A stretch of 64,000 nucleotides of DNA from Mantamonas sphyraenae STR306 (lineage: Eukaryota > Protista > CRuMs): positions 310,001-374,000 of the forward strand of contig JAPMXV010000006.1 in the NCBI GenBank assembly GCA_026936335.1, written 5' to 3'. The position numbers and the translations under genes are program-made. Shown piece by piece: positions 56,096-64,000 of the stretch. Each line of letters opens with the position of its first letter. The stretch's first letter is position 1. The notes beneath the pieces were generated by a model. The model made no database searches, was not told the DNA's origin, and saw only the letters and a list, made by a program, of their open reading frames with translations.

Positions 56096-57524
56096 GGGTG
56101 CAAGAGACAGGGATGCCACGATACCCTCCGCGAGTGGCAGGAGGTGCATCGGGTGTGACGGAGTTGGGGCAACTGGAGGAAGGAACGATTGTTCGTTGGC
56201 AGTGTCTGTCCATCCTGCGTGCATGTGCCAGAGGCGTGTGCAAACCAGCGCTTTACAAATTGCATGTCGCACCGAGATACGAACTGCAAGCCATGGACGA
56301 AACCACCTGCGTCAAGCGCTTTGCCGATGCCTCATCGTCGTCGCTGTCTCATGCCGCATGGGGACTGGCGAACCATCGCAACGCCGTGCACCATCGCAAT
56401 GAGGAATGGCAAGATTTGCTGATCATGTCAAAGACTGTGCCAAGACCTTGAAGCAGAAAGTGAAGGACTTGCCAAACACCTGTCCGTTTGAGGGCGAATG
56501 CGCTACAAAAGCACACGAGGAGCAGTTCTGGTGTCGCAATTGCGTCAACTCGGCCCTTTCATCGCCACCGAATCCCGATGGCAACAGTGCCATGGACACA
56601 GTGCAGGTTCTGCGTGACCTGTCTGTGGATGGACGCGAGGACTTGCCCCTGGAGCTGTTTGCCACCGATGCCCGCTTTGACTACGAGGACGGGGATGTGG
56701 TCGATGGCAGCGTGGTCGAGGCACTGACTGCCTTTGTGGCAGACTACGCCGGGGCTGTCGGACAGAATGAGGAGGAGGAGGAGGAGGATGATGAGAGCCC
56801 CAGAAGCAAGGTGGACATGCTCAGGGCACGGAATCGACTGGCTCTGGTGCAACTGCAGCGACTGCTGGGTCAGGCGGAGGAGTACGAATGGGACGCACGC
56901 ACGGATGCGCTGGGTTACCTGCGCGCGGTGATCGTGACACGCAAGACTGAAGACGGGGACTCGGAGGGAGAGGAGCCGCAGGAGCAGTACCTCTTTGAGT
57001 TTCGTGTGCCGGTGCACAAGGAGTTGCGTGATGAGATGCCACTGACACTTGGTGGTGGACTGGGTGGGGATGGAGTGGATGATGTGCGTGTGTTGCTGGC
57101 GGATGGACAGCTGGCGGACTGCTGGGTGGCATGTGGACCCACTGCGGAGCGACGGGCTGGAAGGATGGTGACACGTGAACAGTTGGCGCATCTGCGGGTG
57201 GTGTGTGGTGGTGGCGATGGGAACGAGGTGGGGGATGAGGAAGTGTATGGTGTGCGTGTGCTGGTGCAGCGTGAGCCAGGGGAGATGGTGGAGCGTGTGG
57301 CTCAGTTTGGTTGGGAAGACGGCGTTGGGGAAGAGGGCATGGATGTGGGTGCACGTGTGGCACAACTGGTGAAGGGAGAGTGGCGACAGAGGGTCGAAAG
57401 AGTGGTGATCATGCTGCTCTCGAGTGAGGTGGAGGACATGGGCAGGGGTGAGAACTCGTTGCCATTGGCAGAGGTGAAGGATGTGTCGGATGTGGTCGCT
57501 GTGGTGGATGTGCGTGTGGGATGA
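54376..57524 (+). CDS. Large Cys-rich hypothetical protein (CCCH-like and RING-like Zn motifs); one intron, three apparent frameshifts
   Basis: ORFs 54295/54291, 54752, 55405 and 56406 join via intron 54598-54682 and single-base shifts at ~54495, ~55428 and ~56406. Could alternatively be 2-3 separate genes. Confidence 0.5.
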
Positions 57525-57568
57525 GAGAGGAGGCGCAATGGAGGCCAAGACAACCGTAGGTCGACAAG

Positions 57569-59542
57569 ATGTCATCATCGTCATCGTCGTCGTCATCATC
57601 TTCATCTCCTGAAGGAAGAGTTGTGCGTGCGCTGATCGTCCAGTGTGGGGAGAACGAGACAAAGGGAAAGGAAGACCCGCAGGCCAGAGCTGGCATGGCC
57701 AACAGCGTCCAACTGGTGAAGGAGTATGTGCTCAAGTCGCCCTTGCTGCGGTGGTGCAATGGCAACAAAGACATCAAGAATCTTGTCGTGTTGACTCCTG
57801 ACGAGCTGGTGGACAAGGCGAGGCTGGAGAAGGAGCTGGAATCGCTTGAGGACGCGGCCGACGAGTACAAACAGCGACTGCTCGTGGTTGTGTACCTCAT
57901 TGCGCATGGAAAGAAGAAGAAGGACTTCTTTGTGGTCAACAGTGATAATGACGAGTTTATGGAGAACGAACTGCTGGCCGCTCTGGCAGACAAGGTGACC
58001 AAGAACGGGGACAGGGAAGAGGGCGCCGACTTGCTCTACTTTCGCGACTCGTGCTACACAGGGACCGCAGGCATGGGCAACATCACCATGGATGTGCATC
58101 GTGGCTACTCGTTTGCACCCGAGGAGGGGGAAACCAACACCGTGGACTCCTACGAGAACAACCCGAACCTGGTGGTCCTCAGCGGCAGCAATCGCACCGT
58201 GAAAAGCCGCTTTGTGGACGAGACTACTGAATGGCCACTGGTCAGCAAGGCCAGTGGGTTGATCAAGGCCTGTAAAATCACGTGGGAGAACAGCGAGAAA
58301 GTTGTGGTGCATCCTGTGTCTGCGTTTTCCCTGGCGCTTGCCGTTCACTTTGGCAAGGCGTTGTCCAAGGCCGAGGAGACCGCATTCACATCGCAGGCAC
58401 CGGACAAACTGGACAGGGCGTGGTTGCATCGCAACTGGGGCCTGATGGCACGGAAGATGGCCTTGGAAGGGGCTGTGTACGCCGTGGATGCCGGGGACGG
58501 AGAAAAGAAGGTAGACGCCCGGATGCAAGTGACGTCGGTGGCCTACAACGACACTCATTTTGCGCAGTTGGCATCGATGATGGTCATCCGTGCTACCAAG
58601 AAGGGAAATGGGCGAATGGAGCTGTTGTGTGACGGTGGGGCACTGGCAGGCGTGCAAGAGGGCCAACGCTGGGCTATGTTCGAGCCATTGACAGACGTGC
58701 ACACGGGGACGCCCAGCTACACAGCCACAGTGACAGAGGTGACGGGAGTGTGCACGAGTTTGCTCGAGGTGGAGGAAACGGTGGATGAGGACGATGAAAA
58801 GGGTCTCGAGGCTGGGTGGCACCTGGTGGACCTGGACATGGCGTATCTGCATGTAGAGGATGGGTCTGTGGTGGGGCTGGAGTCGGGGCAAGGAGTGGAG
58901 AACGAAGAGAAGGCTGTGGTGAAGGGAAAGGTGACTTTGGAGGAGGACGGTGGATACCGAGTGCGCGTCACGCTGAAGGACGAGGAGTTTGACTCATCGC
59001 GGCTGTTTGTGTTGCCCAGCAAAGTGGAAGCAACGATTGCATTGCGCAAGATGGCACGGTATGCGTGGTTGCTGCGAAAGCAGGGCCCAAAGTCGATGTC
59101 CGACTTCAAGGTGACGGTGGATGACAATGATGAGGGCAAGGGACGCGAAGGGTTCTCATACATGCGCTCAGTGCAGTTGAGCACAGAAAAGAAGGGGAAA
59201 GGTGTCCAAGTGGCTGCGTTTGCGTTCTCCTGGGCGTACGGGGTGCATTGGCACACGCGTGAGGTGCATCTGCTTCAGAAGGGCAGGCCCATCACGTTTA
59301 CGTCGTACGGCATCACACCACCCTCGTCGGATGGGAACCCACTGCCACCAGAGTATGTCAAGTTTTACGTGTGGGACAGCAAAGACACGTGCAACCTGTT
59401 GTACGCCATGGAGCAGGAGGGGGTCATGCGCGGCACAGAGGAAGAGGTGTTGCAGGCGCAGAAGGCAGCAACGGAACGGGATTCTCAATCAGGAATGAGG
59501 AGTGTGACTGAGTGGGCGTGTGAGGTTGTGCAGTTGGAGTAG
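57569..59542 (+). CDS. Caspase-fold (peptidase C14/metacaspase-like) protease with C-terminal beta domains
   Basis: RALIV first strand; catalytic dyad VVYLIAHG (His ~57905) and YFRDSCYTG (Cys ~58052); VVLSGS; SAFS; then a G-ALAGV-EG module. Confidence 0.75.
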   Translation: MSSSSSSSSSSSSPEGRVVRALIVQCGENETKGKEDPQARAGMANSVQLVKEYVLKSPLLRWCNGNKDIKNLVVLTPDELVDKARLEKELESLEDAADEYKQRLLVVVYLIAHGKKKKDFFVVNSDNDEFMENELLAALADKVTKNGDREEGADLLYFRDSCYTGTAGMGNITMDVHRGYSFAPEEGETNTVDSYENNPNLVVLSGSNRTVKSRFVDETTEWPLVSKASGLIKACKITWENSEKVVVHPVSAFSLALAVHFGKALSKAEETAFTSQAPDKLDRAWLHRNWGLMARKMALEGAVYAVDAGDGEKKVDARMQVTSVAYNDTHFAQLASMMVIRATKKGNGRMELLCDGGALAGVQEGQRWAMFEPLTDVHTGTPSYTATVTEVTGVCTSLLEVEETVDEDDEKGLEAGWHLVDLDMAYLHVEDGSVVGLESGQGVENEEKAVVKGKVTLEEDGGYRVRVTLKDEEFDSSRLFVLPSKVEATIALRKMARYAWLLRKQGPKSMSDFKVTVDDNDEGKGREGFSYMRSVQLSTEKKGKGVQVAAFAFSWAYGVHWHTREVHLLQKGRPITFTSYGITPPSSDGNPLPPEYVKFYVWDSKDTCNLLYAMEQEGVMRGTEEEVLQAQKAATERDSQSGMRSVTEWACEVVQLE

Positions 59543-59641
59543 GTCCCGCGTGCAGTCGCAACCAGAGTGAAGAAGCGCTCGCGACACTGCCCCGTTGGAA
59601 GCAAACCAACAAGACACACACAGAGAGACCAAACGACACAG

Positions 59642-60295
59642 ATGACAGGAAATGGCAATTCCCGGATGCTGGCGGTGATGGTGGACGGGAGCATGACGCG
59701 CAAGGCGGTGAAACGAGCAGCAAAGGTGGCGAGCGAGGTGACGCAGCGATGTGCAGTCGGGGCGGACGTGGTGTGTTGGGTGCCGTTTGGGGCACAGGCC
59801 TTGTGTGGGATGGGGCCGGTGGAGATGGGCAAGCTGGGAGAGGGGAGGGTGAAGGAGAGGGCACGGAGGATGGGACGGGAGGCAGCGTGCGTGGCGAGAA
59901 GGAGCGGGCCGGTGGTGGCCCTGAGGCAACGACGGGGCATCATGGCATGGCACATGCGTGCACGGGGGCAAAAGACACTGCAGGTGGTGTGGCTGTGTGG
60001 CAGGAGGTATGCACAGGAGGGGGGAGAGGAGGAGGTGCTGCAGTGGACGGAGAGCAAGGGCATCCGGCTTGACATGCACGTGGTGCAGCTGGAGAAGGAG
60101 GGAGAGGAGGGAGAGGGGGTAGAGGGGGGAGAAGATGTCCATGCTCTGTGGGCTGGGTGTGAGCGATGGAAGGACGGGGAGGTGGATGACCTGGTGCTGG
60201 CACTGAAGGGCAAGGAGGAGAATGGAGCGGGAGGTGAGGCTGGTGAGGACGGTGGCGGTGGGACAGAGGAGGGAGGGGGAGAAGCAGAGAGGTGA
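59642..60295 (+). CDS. Universal stress protein (USP)-like, degenerate
   Basis: LAVMVDGS..KAV..A start and DDLVLALKG end; alpha/beta pattern. Confidence 0.5.
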   Translation: MTGNGNSRMLAVMVDGSMTRKAVKRAAKVASEVTQRCAVGADVVCWVPFGAQALCGMGPVEMGKLGEGRVKERARRMGREAACVARRSGPVVALRQRRGIMAWHMRARGQKTLQVVWLCGRRYAQEGGEEEVLQWTESKGIRLDMHVVQLEKEGEEGEGVEGGEDVHALWAGCERWKDGEVDDLVLALKGKEENGAGGEAGEDGGGGTEEGGGEAER

Positions 60296-60395
60296 GAGGA
60301 ATGGAACAGGGTGCGGGCAGGGCAATGGAGTGGGACTTGTTTGTAGTTGTTGCCGCAGGTCTGGGAACACAAGCGTCCCCACGCGACCCAACAGA

Positions 60396-63198
60396 ATGTT
60401 TGTGCGCCGTGTGGGGCCAAGAGCCGCGTCTACAGCTGTGCGTGCTACCCGTATCCGCTGCACATCAAGGCCAAATACTGTTGTGCAGCGATGTGCGCAT
60501 TCTAGCACGAAACGCACCCCCATGAGCATAACCAACTTTCGGCGCCTCCAAACCTACCCGCACACACAACTGGGGTCGGTGGAGCGTGTGACACCGTGTG
60601 TTGCATGGTCTATGGGTGGCACAGTTCATCGCTATGCTCTGTCCACAACCACAAGCGACACAAATGAGCTCTCCCGCGCTCGCGCTGTGCTTGAACGGCA
60701 GCAACGCCGTCTGGAGGAGCTCTCTTCTGAACTCAGGGATGCTCGTGGACAGTTGCGCCACTGTACACGAGAGGAACGCCCAATGCTGGAGCTTGCAGTT
60801 GCCAAGATGGAGCTGGACGTGGCGAAAGCGGAATTGGTCGTGGAGGAAAGCAAGCTCGACGTCGCCAAAGCCGAGGGAAACAACCCCCTTAGGGAGTTTT
60901 ACATACAACAGATGGTTGGCGCAGCACAGCAAGTCACTGTTGCCAGAGAGCAAGTGAACAACGCGCAGGCTCGTGAGTAATCCGCTCATCCCACTTTTTG
61001 TGTGTTTGGCATGCCTCTGCTGACCACCACATGCTTTCTCCACAGGTATGAGCATGTTACAGACACGCTCCGCACCCAAACGTACGTTTTCATCGCCCTG
61101 ATAGGGAGAGGGGCTCCACCGCTCAGCCACTCACGCGGATCTGCATCGCACAGAGGACCTGGTGTCAGTGGAGCAGTTTGCCCAGCTTCTGGACCGCGAA
61201 CCCTGCTTCGACTTGAGCAAGAAGAACACGCCGCTTGGTGATGCCGACCTCACACGGCGACTCTTGAGCATCCCGCTGCAAAACAGGAAGGCAACCGTAG
61301 AAGCGTTTCGCTCCACTGTGCATACACAGCTGCTCAACCCCAACCAACAGCGCACTGGGACGTGGCTGTACTCGCTCGCAGGCATGCCGGGCTCAGGCAA
61401 GACACGCATGCTCATGGAACTAGGAAACGTTCTGAACGACGTCACCAAAGAGGATGCTTTGGCGCACCTACACGCTGTCCCTGTCCTGCTTACCCTCAAC
61501 AACCGCAACCATCATGAGATCGAGGGGATTTGGGGCGAATTCGGCCTCGGCGTGCGCATGCTGTACGACTACGCCGTGGATAACGGTCTCGAACGCCGTC
61601 TTCTTCCCAGCGATGTCCAGCTACTGGAAGAGGCGTTGGTCCGACTGCCTGAACCCGTCGACGCAGCTAAACTGATCATCAGGCACGCGCAGAGACAGAA
61701 TGGTGGCGCCCCAGTGCTTCTGTATTTGGGGTTTGACGAAGTGCAGCGCATTGTGGACAATGACCCGTCCAAACAAAAAACGATGGAGCAGGTCATCCGC
61801 TCTGCCGCGGGCATCATGGCATCAACGAACCAGTTGCGGGGCACCCACAACGGCCAGGAGCACCCGTGTCGCGCGGTGGTCGCCGTCGCTGGGACCCGAG
61901 ATCTGTACCTGCTCGGAGCACTGCAGCGCACATCGTCGTACATCGCCTACTCGCTCGCTGTGCCCACTCTCGGTCTGGCAGAATCCCTCACGGCTGTGCT
62001 GGGCTTTGTGGGCACGTCACTGAAAGAGACACCACCGAGCCATGTTCCCGTACTCGTCAACAGCCTGCGTCGTGTGTTTGGTGTCCCGCGTGCTGTGGAG
62101 ATGCTTGCGGTGGAGTACGCCGCCAAAAAGGACTGGGATGTCGCACACATCGCCAAAGACTTGGATGCGACGCTAGAGCTCGTGAAGCTGCGCATCAACA
62201 CCAAAGAGTTTCCTGGAGACCTGGCCAAACAACTCATCCGCATGAGCCTGTTCAAGGAGCGCGTGCAGCTGACGGACGAGTACAATGGCTCAACGGTGCA
62301 GGAGCACATGGACTGTGGACTGGTGATTGTGCACGATGGCCTTGTGACTCCCATTCCTCTGCGTGTGGAGAAGGAAGCGCGGAAGAGGAGCCTCCTGCTT
62401 CGCTGGATGGACAGATTGGACCGGGTGGATCACTGGGAGGAGTACGAACGGTTTGCGCGCCACTACCACCGCCTGCGCGCACAGGCGCTGGTGGAGAGCC
62501 CACCGTCGTTCAGCTCCATGGATGGCGCGCAATGGCATCAGGGTGCGTTGTGCAGCCCGCGACTACAGCGCATCGAGTACCGCACACGTGTGACGGACTC
62601 GCAGTTGGTAGATTTGAGCAAACCATTTCCAACCAACGTCGATGAGGTGACCGCCATTGTGCGGAAGCTCGCGCAGCAGCAGCCAGACGGTCTCGAGCAC
62701 AGCATCCACATGCTCAACGCGGACAAGGCGCCGTTTGCCGACGTGATTGCTGTGCATCCTGCGCAGGATGGAGTGGTGCTGGAGTGCATCCAGTGCAAGT
62801 TCAGCGAGGACGGAGAACACGCGAGCGGCAAGGTAGACTTTGGGATGGTCAAAAAGGAGTACGACAAGGTGATGGGCACAAATTACTCGGGCTCGAACAA
62901 AAACAGCGCGTGGCAGTGTGGAAAGGGGGACACCGAAGAGTTCCTCGAGCAGATGTTTCAACCGCTCGCTGGTCCAGAGGGCAAGGTGCACGTGGTGTTT
63001 GGCCTGAGCAGCGTCAAGGCGCCCAGGGGCGTGTTGGAACACCAGCTGCTGGGCGATTTTGATGATGGCTGGACTGCAGACAAGAATGTGTATGTGGTGC
63101 ATGGGAACAACCATCGCGACTACTATGGCCAGCTGATGCAGTCGGTGATGGGGTTGCAGATGGTGGAGGCCGAGGTGCGAGGGGAGAGTGGGAAGTAA
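60396..63198 (+). CDS. Crinkler/RHS-type effector: coiled coil + P-loop NTPase + PD-(D/E)xK nuclease, 3 exons
   Basis: Introns 60973-61045 and 61082-61153 join exons in frame. Walker A AGMPGSGKT, Walker B LYLGFDE, AGT sensor, GVPRAVE; nuclease NADKAPFAD...IQCK. Confidence 0.82.
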
Positions 63199-63314
63199 GC
63201 GTACAAGCATCCAAGTGTGAACACGGATTGACCTTTGTCGAGACTATGTTCACGAGCAACCAGTGCAAGGGGCCACGAAGTTCCCGGCCGTCGCCAAAAC
63301 AACCCCGGTGAACC

Positions 63315-63755
63315 ATGACGTGGACGGTGCGATACGGCGGTGACTTTCCCGTGTATGTGGACAAAAGAAAAGCCCCTCACTTCTTCGTGGCGATCTGTGG
63401 CAATCGCGATGCCGGGTGGGAAGACGTCAAACAACGGTGGTCCACCTCGGGGGAGATCTGGGAGAGCAGTGCGCACATTGCCATCGGCGTGGTGGTCAAC
63501 CACCGGAATGAACGTATGGTGTTTGCATGCATCAGCAACCCGCAGGAGTACACACCTTGGAAGCTCTGTGTGGCCCCGCAGCTCGCGGACGAGTGGTACG
63601 CAAACACTCGCACCAACCTCACGACACAGGGAGAGGCGTATTTATGGGATCGACACACTGTGGATCTGGACACTGCAGCGGTGAGTGTGGGAGTGGGGCT
63701 GTTGGGAGGCAAGGGTGTGCGCACGGGCCAACGAGCTGACACCCGTTTTGCGTGA
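63315..63755 (+). CDS. Hypothetical protein (possibly spliced at GTGAGT ~63681)
   Basis: 146-aa ATG ORF with protein-like composition; no family recognised. Confidence 0.4.
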   Translation: MTWTVRYGGDFPVYVDKRKAPHFFVAICGNRDAGWEDVKQRWSTSGEIWESSAHIAIGVVVNHRNERMVFACISNPQEYTPWKLCVAPQLADEWYANTRTNLTTQGEAYLWDRHTVDLDTAAVSVGVGLLGGKGVRTGQRADTRFA

Positions 63756-64000
63756 AAACCCTCTTTTGCACTTTAAGCGAATTGCGGGCGTGGCAGACGA
63801 GGCGCATGGTTGGAAGTGTGTGCAAAAGGGAGGCATGCTGAGCCAATACCAGCCAAATGACTTTCTTTTTGATTATGGACGCAAGGTCGAGCAGGGGGCG
63901 AATTGGAACTCGGTTCTGCTCGATTGGAGTCGCACAGGTCAAATCTGGACGCCTGTGGACACCGATGGGCAATCGCCCGTTGCCCTGTTGGTGTTTGACA

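Noticed and set aside
61099-61104. Tandem in-frame TGA TAG suggesting readthrough or an altered genetic code
   Set aside because: Both stops fall inside a canonical 72-nt intron (61082-61153); all three stop codons terminate genes normally elsewhere.
1-64000. CRISPR arrays, tRNA/rRNA genes, transposases, reverse transcriptases
   Set aside because: None recognised; repeats are microsatellites or codon runs.

Overview
Eukaryotic nuclear DNA from a very compact, GC-rich genome, most likely a heterotrophic protist. Introns are short GT-AG with CTGAC/CTAAC branch points, (GT)n/(CA)n microsatellites are common, and many intergenic gaps are under 110 nt. About 36 protein genes are present. Housekeeping genes include GFAT, AP-1 mu, CDC14, CENP-C, RAD18, RAD17, a PARP16-like gene, NADP-GDH, TMEM94, a Ctr copper transporter, two Ras GTPases, a Nudix hydrolase, an RPEL protein and a GT61 glycosyltransferase. 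Unusual architectures include NCS-PIP5K, RAD18-WW, a probable alpha-pseudokinase and an SBBP-propeller surface protein. RNA genes missed by the ORF track: a U5 snRNA with a substituted loop I, and a probable spliced non-coding host gene carrying an snR57-like box C/D snoRNA plus further structured RNA candidates. The right end (49.4-63.8 kb) is a co-directional gene run ending in a caspase-fold protease, a USP-like gene and a Crinkler-type NTPase + PD-(D/E)xK nuclease with an apparent mitochondrial presequence. About nine single-base frame disruptions occur, mostly at short homopolymers or repeats, and are probably long-read assembly errors, so single-nucleotide oddities need verification. All family calls come from motif recognition by eye, not database searches.
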